NCBI GenBank assembly: GCA_973851085.1
Contig: OZ316775.1
Location: 14,384,001 to 14,448,000 of the forward strand
Length of the DNA: 64,000 bases
Origin: Ptychomitrium polyphyllum
Lineage: Eukaryota
Direction: 5' to 3'
Shown piece by piece: positions 1-13,700 of the stretch. The first letter of the stretch is position 1; every line of letters begins with the position of its first letter. Both the position numbers and the translations under genes were made by a program. A model generated the notes under the pieces. That model worked only from the letters and a program-made list of their open reading frames with translations. It ran no database searches and was not told where the DNA came from.

Positions 1-3000
1 ATAGTCAGGTAGCTTTTGGAAGCACTGCAGAACTTCTATTCCCAAGGATTTGTTGAGCGTAAATGCACCTGTTTGCATGCCATGTTGATTTGGAGAAGGC
101 TCTCTCTAGCTACTCTAGAAGCTTCAACTAGTTAGCCAGTTTTTGAATATAAAATTTTCTTGACCAAGGAAGCACAGCTTTTCTTTAGCGACTGGTAGGT
201 GTTTTGACAAAATTATGCACGGCTATGAGGTTTGACTAAGAACTCAATTTTGTGCTTCAAACTTTTATTATATGCATAACTTTTAAGGTACAATTTCTAT
301 TAAAATTGGATGATTCCTCTAATGTAGTTGTTTGTTTGTGAAAATCGTTGATACTGAATGAGAAATAGATATCAAGCGATTGTATTTCAATAGTGATTAA
401 CAAACCTTTGACCATTTGTAAGTCCATAAGCTTTAGTTCATGCATGTTAAATTCTTTTTCATTAATATGAAATGAAGTTTTCTATGAAGTGAAAACTTTT
501 AAATCAATACTAGTTCCATCATCCAATTTTGATAAAATAGATACAATAATTAAAAAAGAATATTTCTCAATGACCTACCTTGAAGCAATAAAATAATGTG
601 ATAAAGTGATCAATGAAGTGAACCTTGTTGTCTTTAGATTTGTTTCCATATGTTTTTGAAAGAGCATTTAAAAATCCCGGAAAAGGTAAATTATGAAGGT
701 GGAAATGATTCTTAAATTTGAAAAAAATCCTTAATAAAAAATCAGGTTTTGTTACAATAACGTACAATTGTAGATGAGGAACACAAGCCAATTTCTCAAT
801 GATACATATTGCTTGCTGTGTTGCTTGGTGTGTGGATATTCCCTTATTCATTTCTATTTATCATCAATAACTAATTTCTATGTAATAATTGTGTTATATT
901 TACACTATTGTGTGGTATAATTGTGCTGTTGCTATGCTTCTGATATGCCACCATTATTCAATTTGTGAATTCCACTTGGAGTTGGTCCTTCTAATGATTC
1001 CAAAGATGATTTTAAAATAAATATCTTACTCAATTATTCAATTTGTTGCTGTAAGAATAAATCAAAAAATCAAAAAAATTAAGAATAAGATGTCAAATGT
1101 GTAATCATATTTTTTTTGAATTTTTTTTCTAGAATACAAATTGTTAATTTTACTGTCTATAAGCACATTCTGATTCATAGATTGAATCTTCAATTCAATA
1201 CTACTGATGACAAGATAAAAGAACATCTGGTGCTTCATTTTCATTTACAAACATATCCGAAGTTGGTGCATATCATTTGTGACTTGTTTTGTAAAGACAT
1301 GAAGAAAGTAACTTATGTCACATTCATATTAGGATATCAAAAATAACAATTTTTAAAAATCTTTTAAAGAAGACTGAATACTCACATGCTTATCAATTTC
1401 AGACAGTCCATATTTATTATGAAAATATGTATAGAAAAAATATCTTTCATGTAATTTTGACCTCTGATAATAAATTTGTCAAAAACATTGTCATATGTAT
1501 GCAAATTTGATATTTAGATATTAAAAATGCATACAATTGTGAACAACAATAAAACGTCTCATTATTTCCAATGGTTGTATAAATATGGCATAATACCAAT
1601 TTTCAAAGACACATTGTAATTCTTGATTAGTTTGAACTTTTATGAAAGAACAATTAAAGAATTATGTTCCAAAACAAATTGGCTCAATATAACCATAGTT
1701 GTGATTCTTTTATGTGCAGGTATTTTACAAGCAATGCACGTTTGGCTACCAATTGATACAATTTTTTTACAAGAATAAATGTCCATGAATTGAAGGTGAT
1801 TCATCATATGAAATACTTTAGCAATAAAAAACCTCATCCTTTGGTAATTAACTATTACCTTTGGTTTATATTAGATAAATTAGAAATAAAAAAATATAGT
1901 TTTTTAAATTTCAAAGTAACTAATTGACTTTGCTAAATGAGACATAGATATTTTTATAAAATTTAAAAGTATTAAATGCTCAAAGTTAATATGGAGAAAT
2001 AAAACTATTAAATGATAACTTAAAAATTTCAATTAAAATAGATACTTGCATATTAATGTTTCTATGAATATATAGGAAATTGAGGGATTGTTCAACTGAT
2101 TTGTATAATGTAATTAAAACCATGCAATTATGCATTTGATATTTGAATGACAAACACATTCTCAAGATGTTTAAAAATAAAACGCATACATAATTTAAAG
2201 ATATAAAAATAGAATCATATTGCTAAAATTTAATAAACTTGAAGCAAAGTTTGTTTTCAATTTTTACTTTCTAATACTTATTAAATCATATTGAAAAAAT
2301 AAATGATTTGAAATTATATAATTTCAAATAAAAGAAGATTTATTTTTTTGACAAAAGTGGCGTAAATGAAGGGTCTACTTACTTTATTTTAAAATATATG
2401 AAGATAGAATATAGATTATTAGTATAGAATTAGTTCACCTATTTAAAAATAGACACATTTTGTTAATAATTACTAATAACATACAAATATATTAAATCAA
2501 GAGTAATTCAATTGAGGTAGCAATGCTAAAATCAATCCTTTTCTTATCCAAAAGTGAGGCTTAATAATCTAAAGTTGTTGCTTTGCTATTCCAAGTTCTA
2601 ATCTTTCTTTATTATTTAATAGAGTAAAAGCTAAAGATGCAGTTATTGGAGACATAGTTTAATACTTGATGTTATATATATTAAGTAGATATTGTAAATA
2701 AATATCTTCATGTTCTCCATTGCAGGAGGTACATTAAAAAATTTATTATAAAATAGTTTGAAATGGTTTTAGATTTTGGACGTCCATGATAAAATTATAT
2801 ATATTGCAAGCATACTAATATATGGAATACAAGAGGTTTCAATAAAGTTTTGGAGTTGAGTGAGGTTGACTCATCAAATCATTTATACTTAGATTCACTC
2901 AATTCCAAAAATTTGATAATACACTTTAAACTCCATATATTAGCATAATTATAAGAAAGATAGTTTTGTCATTTGCTATCCACGTCTAGAATTTTTGTTT

Positions 3001-4201
3001 ATACTTCATGGGATTTTTTTATTGTGCTTGTGATGGCAATTTTTCAAATATTGATTTCATGTGAATTAAAAATTTCATTTTTGACATTTTCGTATGTGCC
3101 TTGGAAATGGACTTAGGCTCTGGCACAATAATTATGTTGCAGTAATTGATTGTTCATTCTTCAATTGCCTCAAGAGTACTTGTGTTGTCAGTGTCCAATA
3201 CAAACGGCGTACTTTCAATTTTCTTACACTGGTACAGAAAGCGTTCAGTCCATCAACAACAATGAACACTCCAACAAACTAAGAAAATCAACACAATCCA
3301 CAGCAAATTGACCACAAAAAATGCTCTGAACTCTAGGACTCTGCAACGACACAGAGTCTCAAAATCATATAATCACAAACGAGCACAAGTTCGAAGTCAA
3401 CAAGAACTAAGTTTCTCTATACTGTACATGAATAATCCCCTCAACTACAATCATCCTATGTATTCACCTAGTGGCAGTTTTAATCATAGATTTCTTCTCG
3501 ATGCAACAATGTGCTAAATGCAGTAATAGCAAACGGTTGTAAATTCACGAAACCCATGCCACTAAAACTCTACATCTACAAAGGCACCACAACCGCAAAT
3601 GAAGAAGCTTAGGTGTGGTGTGATTCTCCGCTGCACCTCAAAAGCGTCTAGAGGACGCCCATGAGCGACAACGTGAGCAACCCTTGCCTAACTTCCACGA
3701 AATTCCATTCAGTCGATGAGGTGCGATACCTTCATGTATCTCGTTCATATCCTCGATGTAAGCAACCGTATAGGATCCTTCAATGACCAACACTAAGGAA
3801 CTTTACTTCCACGCGCTTGCACTATATCGCCTCCCTAATGTTCTCAAGATCTTGTACGAAAACAACAATCTCTTCAGGAGACAACGCAGATGTCAAGAGG
3901 CATAGCCAACATACTCAATCAAAGTCGATTGACTCATTTCTTGATGTCTTACAACGAGTTTCAATTAGTAAACAGACTTGATTTCTCCTCCACACTTCAG
4001 AGCAATATACATTTCAAAATCCACGAACAGGAGGTTCTCAGAATTAGAAAGCAAGCAAGCTACGTCCACAAATCTGGACCACTACAAAAGCACAAACGAA
4101 GTTTAGTATTCCCTCCCAAGCCCCTCCAACAATCAAACACCCCTAAGTCAAACGAACAGCTCCACCCACAACACCATCCAAAGAACACGCCTTCGACACA
4201 C

Positions 4202-7200
4202 GGTACTTTCACCTGTCCACGGCGCCTCCGCTGACTTGATGGGTACACCGATTTCTGGAATTCCGAAGACTCAGAGAAGGCATACGAAACTTCCTGTCAT
4301 TTCGTCTCCAGACACAGACCACTCACTCTCAGGATCTACTGCGTACAGATCACTCTCACTTCCCAGCGACAGCAGCTGGGAGCCCTCGGACCTCATGACT
4401 TTCTCACCATTTCCAGCTCTCTTAGTCCTCCGGAAGATACCGGATCGCAAACGTTTGAACCTTCATAACCGGATGTGGCGCTGAGCCAAAGGCATCCTAC
4501 GAAGCTGCATTAGGGTGGCGCCGGTTGCGGAGTCGTAAGTGGGCTCCAGTCTGCATCGAGGTGAATATCCTCCAGCTGCTGAAAGATCACAGAAGATACG
4601 GCACCGTGACAACAGGCCATCCTGTGCGTATGCTGGAAACGTTCTCCCTCGTCTTTCAGGATTACAGGTGTACGGAGCCTGCACGACGTGTGCCATAATC
4701 CCTGGATCGCCCCACACAGCCAACAACGAAACGAACAAACGCAGTGACAAATTCATCCCACGACTCCCTTCAAAGAGCGCCAGAATCGCAAAACTCGTCG
4801 AGGGGAAAGGGGACCGCGTTTCTCACGACACCACATAACTCCTCACGCACAACTCCTGCCAGACAAGCATTGCAAGGGAACCGGAACCGACGGACGGACG
4901 GGTCGAGAAACGGCAGACCACGGCCTGGTTTATATTGGATGGCAGAAAAGAATTAATCACAGTCCGGCCTCCCAACAGAGCCACTCTCAAATACTACCAC
5001 ACGGCCGCTCCGCCGACTCGGCGATCGATCCCCTCGACCGGCTTATTCAACTGAATATGCAGACGATGAGTTCGTATGTCGATCGACGAACGCCCACATC
5101 AATCCGCCAAAGAATCGATTTGCGACGACAAGCGTCTAGAGCACATTGTACTTGCATTCGGGGGGAGGCGTCGGGTATCGCGGCAGGTCGTCACAGTAGT
5201 TGTAGTGGATGTACTTCCGCACCTCCCTCAGCTTGCGGGTGCGGGAGCCACCCATCGTCTGCGCGCTCGGCCCCGGCGCAGCAGACCGCGAAGTCTGGCA
5301 CAGGAGGATGCTCAGCACATCGCCCTGCTTGGCAACGCATCCGTCCATCCTGAAGTTCCTGTACGAGGCGACGAAGGGTGCCGCGGTCCAGTCCAGCTTG
5401 ACGCGGCCGCCCTGCGTGGCCCACTTGCTGCCGTCCCACATGCTGAGGTAGAGCGCCATGGGGCAGTCCTTCGGGTACATGAAGCCAGGCACGATGGTCT
5501 CCAGGTTGCGGAACATGCGGATGGGGGTGTTGTCGATGTAGAACACCAGGAGGTCCTTGTTCCACTGGAAGTTGTAGTAGTGGTAGTCGGCGGTGGGGTC
5601 GAACCACAGGTAGATTTGCTGCTCGCGCCCGCCCACGCCGTTCACGAAGATGTTGGTGTGCAGGAGGTAGGGTTGGCCGGTCTCGTTGCCGAGAAACTCG
5701 TAGTCGAATTCGCAGTGGTTGGGCCCCGTGGAGGATAACTGCACCAATGCCACCAAAACACTTGAGTCAATTCGAGATCGTTGCTGCGGAGCGGCTATTT
5801 TCAGGCAGCTGGTTGGGTGAACGGGACCCGGAGGAGATGTCGCGTGGATTGGTAGAAGGAGGCCGGTGGGCAGCTCACCACGATTTCTCCACCTTTCTGC
5901 AGTGCCCATACAATGTGACCGAACACTACCGCATCGCGTCAAGCCTAGGTTGAGTATGCCAGACCCTTGGATTACAGCACCCAAAAGACCATACTGCTTT
6001 TGCACCCACAAAGCAGCCCGGAGGAGGATTCAGAACCGGTCGTCGATCGACTGAGCAACTTTTCAGGCGAGCACGACTGTCAGATGCCTTGGTAGCAGGC
6101 CTAGCCCCTCCTGGATCACAGATTCGTAGCACATGGTTTCCACTCGGGAGCTCATAAATGCGGGACGTGGAGAGTTGGACTTACGTAGAAGGTTGTGACA
6201 GTTCCGGCAGAGTTTCCCGGGATCAGCTTAATCCAGGCTCCAATGCTGCCGTACAGGTACGACAACTTCGATGCCATGCTCGCATATGCTGTCAATCACA
6301 CACGTACAAGCAATCATTCAATTAGCGTCACTGGCAAGACCTACTCATGCCCCTGCCGTTTGAAACCAGAGGAGCAGTGGAACAACCGCCAAGACACGCC
6401 ACTGAGTCCGATCACATCTGCAAGGTGCCGAAATCCAAGAGCTAGGCGCCGGCACTCACGTTCGGTTTGGTTTCTCACGACCAGATCCACCCCTCTCCCG
6501 TCGGCTGTGAAGTTGCATCCTTTTGGTGTCCAAGTGGTGAACTTGTCCGCCAGCGTGTTGTTCTTCCTTGCCTGACTACCAGCGACCGTGCTCAACAACA
6601 GCAGGGCGGTGATTGCAAGGTACCCTGCACCTCTGCACGACCCCATTGCGATCCAGCTCCAAGCCGGCTCTGCCAGTACGAACAGCTAAGCTAATAGTAC
6701 CAATCAAATACTGATTGAAATTATCACCGGCGGTTCGATCTGTCGCAAGTGCCGATGTACGTGAGATGAATGCTCAATGAAGGCTTCCGAATCTGCTCAA
6801 TGTAAGTCCAAAACCTTGATCCTGCCAGTGGTGTGTGAGCCTAGTACAAGGGTAGTCTGTAGCAATGTAACCCAATAGGGTACTGGAATCAATCGGGAGA
6901 CGGACAAGGAACCCTCTGTGCGCTCAACGTGAACTCCCGCACGAATTACACCAGAGAGCATGTACATGTGGATCCAGAGTTGCAGACGCTGTCCAATCCT
7001 CTGGAGTGACAATTCAGAGCTGCAAGAGCAGCCTCGGCCTGAAACTGTGCTGAGAACACCGCTGGGAGGGGTTTTTGAAGTGGTGAGAGAAAGGTGGCGC
7101 TGGAGCCGGTGCTTTTATTAAGAGTTCCAATCTTAGATGTTTCTTTTAACGTGATTTTTTGTCTACCGCTGGTGTTGAGAATACTACAGCTGAGTCTGTG

Positions 7201-7881
7201 TGCTGTAAACGGTGCCGGGAGACCAGGTACGAATACAACGCAGTAACTTTGTCCATTTTACCACATGCTCCCCACCCCTCTGAGCACCGGATAGGTAGGT
7301 GTGCCCTGAGTATGGATCACGTGGGCACTAATCAAATACCAATCAAACTCTCGGAGAAAACTAGACACAGTAGACTCACACAGCCTCTCCATGCGGGCAC
7401 TAGAAAATAACTTAGCCGAACCACCCAAAAGTTTCAGTTTCCACCCAGCACTCACTTGAATTCTTCTTAAGGAATTCCTAGTGGGGGGGAATGTCCTCCT
7501 TGAAATTCAACTACAGTCTACTGCACCCTGAAGGCCGTGTTGCTGTGGAGACTTTGGTGCAAAAGCACACTCAAACTAAATTTCTTTTGCCAGAATGTTT
7601 TGGTGGATTGCAAACAAAGGGGCGTACAATGTACGTGCAGTGGTCAAGCGGCTTCTTGGAGAGTCCGCACGCACAATAAAAGTGTTTCATTGATGGGGTA
7701 AGTTTAAAAGCTTCATATTTCTGACTGGACGCAGTCATAATTTTGTCCGAAGAACCTGAATCGATCATCACGGGCGTTATTTGGTGCGGACCACGTCGAG
7801 TTTGATGAAAATCAGCGCAGTAGATTGCGCAACACTGGAACACATGGGTTCGGCTTGATACCCGGTATTACGGCCCCCTCG
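4202..7881. repeat. Left arm of a large inverted repeat (3,680 bp)
   Basis: Position x pairs with 18531-x. Outer edge ggtactttcacctgtcc (4202) mirrors ggacaggtgaaagtacc (ending 14329); inner edge cggccccctcg (to 7881) mirrors cgagggggccg (from 10650). Every ORF in the arm has an identical mirror ORF, e.g. 5136..6011(-) and 12520..13395(+). Confidence 0.95.
5136..6646 (-). CDS. XTH: Xyloglucan endotransglucosylase/hydrolase (GH16), copy 1, 3 exons, ~297 aa
   Basis: Mirror of copy 2: exons 6646-6460, 6288-6185, 5738-5136. Signal peptide, KLIPGNSAGTVTTFY, catalytic HCEFDYEFLGNET, GGREQQIYLWFDPTADYH, WATQGGRVKLDW and C-terminal YNYCDD..RYPTPPPEC. Confidence 0.93.
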
Positions 7882-7992
7882 GTGGGACGGGCCATTTGTG
7901 TTGCTGTGCTTGTGTTTAGGCAAGTTGAGAGCGGAATACATGGATTCAGCCGTTTGTCAGAGCTGGTGCTTTTAGAGGGGAATTTGATTACT

Positions 7993-10746
7993 CTATCTTT
8001 TCGTACTTTTGACTTCTTTTGGAGCTTGCGTTTTGGGCATCCAGTTTTGGTTTTCTCCTGGTGATATTTGAAGTAGCTTGCCTGTTTTGTCGGAATCAAG
8101 TGTCCTGTCATTTGAACCACCTGCACTGTTCTCTAAGTTTTATTTCGTCCACCTCCACCTTAGATTAGCAATTTTCGAAGGTCTTGTTCTGCTCCTACAT
8201 TTCCTCTTCATTTCCGGATCACCAAAAGTTTTGCTTTATTGTATCTACGTCAAATGAAGCTTCGAGAGTGTATGTCGACCGGTGAGGTACCAGAGTAGCT
8301 GGTGTCGCTACAATTTTTGGGTAGAATAAGCAGCTTTCCAGACGTTTGTAACCTCAATTTTTGAAAGTGTAAAAGATATAACTGTATAAATTTAGTACGC
8401 TAAATTATGTGGTTTATAAGGTCTACATAGAATCTTTTTATTTTTGGAGCTATCTTAGTCTTGAGTAAAATTTTCTAAGCAAATTTATTTATGTAATAGA
8501 TCAATTTAGGTGTGTTGTTTAAGAGTCTTTGTTAAAGGTTATCTATATTGGTATTTTAATTAGTAGGATTTTCATATTCAATAACACCTAAAAATAAACA
8601 AAAAAAACCTCCAAGTCCATGCCCATGTGAACAAAGATTATCATATCATTTAAAGATTAGCACTAGAAAACATTCATATGTATGACTATTGATGAAGAAT
8701 TTTAGCATGAAACATTTCTTCAAGTACAAACCTTAGTCTTTAAGAATTCAGTAAGTAATCCAAATGTTGCACTAACACCTATACTTTCAAAAATATAACA
8801 AATCTTCATCCCTTAGTAAGATGAATAACAAACAGAGTGCACTAAAGAGGCCTTTTCTCAAAATCTACTCACAACCACTTTTAGAATGCTAACTTCAGAA
8901 CGACAACGTCCAAAACGCCTTCCAAATGATAAACGCTGAGAACTGAATGATAATCATACCCAAAGTGCACAAAATCACCAGCTGGCAAAGACGAAATTCC
9001 ATTTCGAACTCGAAGCCTAAACCCAAAGATTGTTGCGCTGATCGCCTAATATACCAAAAATACAATCCTAATCCAGATTTCAACTCCAATGTAGTACCAA
9101 AAAACGCAAAAACTGAACACGATCACATTTAAATATCAATAACAACCTGGAGTCCAATTTTTATTCATATCGAATATACAAACACGTGCCCGCGAGGAAA
9201 ACGTGAAAATGTCCACTCCCAGCGAGGGGGCCGTAATACCGGGTATCAAGCCGAACCCATGTGTTCCAGTGTTGCGCAATCTACTGCGCTGATTTTCATC
9301 AAACTCGACGTGGTCCGCANNNNNNNNNNNNNNNNNNNNNNNNNNNNNNNNNNNNNNNNNNNNNNNNNNNNNNNNNNNNNNNNNNNNNNNNNNNNNNNNN
9401 NNNNNNNNNNNNNNNNNNNCTATCTTTTCGTACTTTTGACTTCTTTTGGAGCTTGCGTTTTGGGCATCCAGTTTTGGTTTTCTCCTGGTGATATTTGAAG
9501 TAGCTTGCCTGTTTTGTCGGAATCAAGTGTCCTGTCATTTGAACCACCTGCACTGTTCTCTAAGTTTTATTTCGTCCACCTCCACCTTAGATTAGCAATT
9601 TTCGAAGGTCTTGTTCTGCTCCTACATTTCCTCTTCATTTCCGGATCACCAAAAGTTTTGCTTTATTGTATCTACGTCAAATGAAGCTTCGAGAGTGTAT
9701 GTCGACCGGTGAGGTACCAGAGTAGCTGGTGTCGCTACAATTTTTGGGTAGAATAAGCAGCTTTCCAGACGTTTGTAACCTCAATTTTTGAAAGTGTAAA
9801 AGATATAACTGTATAAATTTAGTACGCTAAATTATGTGGTTTATAAGGTCTACATAGAATCTTTTTATTTTTGGAGCTATCTTAGTCTTGAGTAAAATTT
9901 TCTAAGCAAATTTATTTATGTAATAGATCAATTTAGGTGTGTTGTTTAAGAGTCTTTGTTAAAGGTTATCTATATTGGTATTTTAATTAGTAGGATTTTC
10001 ATATTCAATAACACCTAAAAATAAACAAAAAAAACCTCCAAGTCCATGCCCATGTGAACAAAGATTATCATATCATTTAAAGATTAGCACTAGAAAACAT
10101 TCATATGTATGACTATTGATGAAGAATTTTAGCATGAAACATTTCTTCAAGTACAAACCTTAGTCTTTAAGAATTCAGTAAGTAATCCAAATGTTGCACT
10201 AACACCTATACTTTCAAAAATATAACAAATCTTCATCCCTTAGTAAGATGAATAACAAACAGAGTGCACTAAAGAGGCCTTTTCTCAAAATCTACTCACA
10301 ACCACTTTTAGAATGCTAACTTCAGAACGACAACGTCCAAAACGCCTTCCAAATGATAAACGCTGAGAACTGAATGATAATCATACCCAAAGTGCACAAA
10401 ATCACCAGCTGGCAAAGACGAAATTCCATTTCGAACTCGAAGCCTAAACCCAAAGATTGTTGCGCTGATCGCCTAATATACCAAAAATACAATCCTAATC
10501 CAGATTTCAACTCCAATGTAGTACCAAAAAACGCAAAAACTGAACACGATCACATTTAAATATCAATAACAACCTGGAGTCCAATTTTTATTCATATCGA
10601 ATATACAAACACGTGCCCGCGAGGAAAACGTGAAAATGTCCACTCCCAGCGAGGGGGCCGTAATACCGGGTATCAAGCCGAACCCATGTGTTCCAGTGTT
10701 GCGCAATCTACTGCGCTGATTTTCATCAAACTCGACGTGGTCCGCA
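7993..10746. other. Direct duplication (7993-9319 = 9420-10746) flanking a 100-N scaffold gap at 9320-9419; probable unmerged contig overlap
   Basis: Sequence after the gap restarts at the text of position 7993 with a constant offset of 1427 (ORFs 8895/10322 and 8947/10374 are identical). The gap is exactly 100 N. Confidence 0.85.
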
Positions 10747-13700
10747 CCAAATAACGCCCGTGATGATCGATTCAGGTTCTTCGGACAAAATTATGACTGC
10801 GTCCAGTCAGAAATATGAAGCTTTTAAACTTACCCCATCAATGAAACACTTTTATTGTGCGTGCGGACTCTCCAAGAAGCCGCTTGACCACTGCACGTAC
10901 ATTGTACGCCCCTTTGTTTGCAATCCACCAAAACATTCTGGCAAAAGAAATTTAGTTTGAGTGTGCTTTTGCACCAAAGTCTCCACAGCAACACGGCCTT
11001 CAGGGTGCAGTAGACTGTAGTTGAATTTCAAGGAGGACATTCCCCCCCACTAGGAATTCCTTAAGAAGAATTCAAGTGAGTGCTGGGTGGAAACTGAAAC
11101 TTTTGGGTGGTTCGGCTAAGTTATTTTCTAGTGCCCGCATGGAGAGGCTGTGTGAGTCTACTGTGTCTAGTTTTCTCCGAGAGTTTGATTGGTATTTGAT
11201 TAGTGCCCACGTGATCCATACTCAGGGCACACCTACCTATCCGGTGCTCAGAGGGGTGGGGAGCATGTGGTAAAATGGACAAAGTTACTGCGTTGTATTC
11301 GTACCTGGTCTCCCGGCACCGTTTACAGCACACAGACTCAGCTGTAGTATTCTCAACACCAGCGGTAGACAAAAAATCACGTTAAAAGAAACATCTAAGA
11401 TTGGAACTCTTAATAAAAGCACCGGCTCCAGCGCCACCTTTCTCTCACCACTTCAAAAACCCCTCCCAGCGGTGTTCTCAGCACAGTTTCAGGCCGAGGC
11501 TGCTCTTGCAGCTCTGAATTGTCACTCCAGAGGATTGGACAGCGTCTGCAACTCTGGATCCACATGTACATGCTCTCTGGTGTAATTCGTGCGGGAGTTC
11601 ACGTTGAGCGCACAGAGGGTTCCTTGTCCGTCTCCCGATTGATTCCAGTACCCTATTGGGTTACATTGCTACAGACTACCCTTGTACTAGGCTCACACAC
11701 CACTGGCAGGATCAAGGTTTTGGACTTACATTGAGCAGATTCGGAAGCCTTCATTGAGCATTCATCTCACGTACATCGGCACTTGCGACAGATCGAACCG
11801 CCGGTGATAATTTCAATCAGTATTTGATTGGTACTATTAGCTTAGCTGTTCGTACTGGCAGAGCCGGCTTGGAGCTGGATCGCAATGGGGTCGTGCAGAG
11901 GTGCAGGGTACCTTGCAATCACCGCCCTGCTGTTGTTGAGCACGGTCGCTGGTAGTCAGGCAAGGAAGAACAACACGCTGGCGGACAAGTTCACCACTTG
12001 GACACCAAAAGGATGCAACTTCACAGCCGACGGGAGAGGGGTGGATCTGGTCGTGAGAAACCAAACCGAACGTGAGTGCCGGCGCCTAGCTCTTGGATTT
12101 CGGCACCTTGCAGATGTGATCGGACTCAGTGGCGTGTCTTGGCGGTTGTTCCACTGCTCCTCTGGTTTCAAACGGCAGGGGCATGAGTAGGTCTTGCCAG
12201 TGACGCTAATTGAATGATTGCTTGTACGTGTGTGATTGACAGCATATGCGAGCATGGCATCGAAGTTGTCGTACCTGTACGGCAGCATTGGAGCCTGGAT
12301 TAAGCTGATCCCGGGAAACTCTGCCGGAACTGTCACAACCTTCTACGTAAGTCCAACTCTCCACGTCCCGCATTTATGAGCTCCCGAGTGGAAACCATGT
12401 GCTACGAATCTGTGATCCAGGAGGGGCTAGGCCTGCTACCAAGGCATCTGACAGTCGTGCTCGCCTGAAAAGTTGCTCAGTCGATCGACGACCGGTTCTG
12501 AATCCTCCTCCGGGCTGCTTTGTGGGTGCAAAAGCAGTATGGTCTTTTGGGTGCTGTAATCCAAGGGTCTGGCATACTCAACCTAGGCTTGACGCGATGC
12601 GGTAGTGTTCGGTCACATTGTATGGGCACTGCAGAAAGGTGGAGAAATCGTGGTGAGCTGCCCACCGGCCTCCTTCTACCAATCCACGCGACATCTCCTC
12701 CGGGTCCCGTTCACCCAACCAGCTGCCTGAAAATAGCCGCTCCGCAGCAACGATCTCGAATTGACTCAAGTGTTTTGGTGGCATTGGTGCAGTTATCCTC
12801 CACGGGGCCCAACCACTGCGAATTCGACTACGAGTTTCTCGGCAACGAGACCGGCCAACCCTACCTCCTGCACACCAACATCTTCGTGAACGGCGTGGGC
12901 GGGCGCGAGCAGCAAATCTACCTGTGGTTCGACCCCACCGCCGACTACCACTACTACAACTTCCAGTGGAACAAGGACCTCCTGGTGTTCTACATCGACA
13001 ACACCCCCATCCGCATGTTCCGCAACCTGGAGACCATCGTGCCTGGCTTCATGTACCCGAAGGACTGCCCCATGGCGCTCTACCTCAGCATGTGGGACGG
13101 CAGCAAGTGGGCCACGCAGGGCGGCCGCGTCAAGCTGGACTGGACCGCGGCACCCTTCGTCGCCTCGTACAGGAACTTCAGGATGGACGGATGCGTTGCC
13201 AAGCAGGGCGATGTGCTGAGCATCCTCCTGTGCCAGACTTCGCGGTCTGCTGCGCCGGGGCCGAGCGCGCAGACGATGGGTGGCTCCCGCACCCGCAAGC
13301 TGAGGGAGGTGCGGAAGTACATCCACTACAACTACTGTGACGACCTGCCGCGATACCCGACGCCTCCCCCCGAATGCAAGTACAATGTGCTCTAGACGCT
13401 TGTCGTCGCAAATCGATTCTTTGGCGGATTGATGTGGGCGTTCGTCGATCGACATACGAACTCATCGTCTGCATATTCAGTTGAATAAGCCGGTCGAGGG
13501 GATCGATCGCCGAGTCGGCGGAGCGGCCGTGTGGTAGTATTTGAGAGTGGCTCTGTTGGGAGGCCGGACTGTGATTAATTCTTTTCTGCCATCCAATATA
13601 AACCAGGCCGTGGTCTGCCGTTTCTCGACCCGTCCGTCCGTCGGTTCCGGTTCCCTTGCAATGCTTGTCTGGCAGGAGTTGTGCGTGAGGAGTTATGTGG

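Noticed and set aside
1..1850. Short ORFs in the AT-rich left end, possibly a transposase relic
   Set aside because: No identifiable TE protein motif; too degenerate to call.
5076..5738. 220-aa ORF antisense to XTH (and mirror 12793-13455); also antisense ORF 31105-31977 over the pectate lyase
   Set aside because: Shadow ORFs caused by high third-position GC in the real genes; no recognisable motifs.
7993..10746. Apparent 1.3-kb tandem duplication inside the palindrome spacer
   Set aside because: The copies appear identical and abut a round 100-N gap, the typical pattern of unmerged overlapping contig ends. Not treated as biological.
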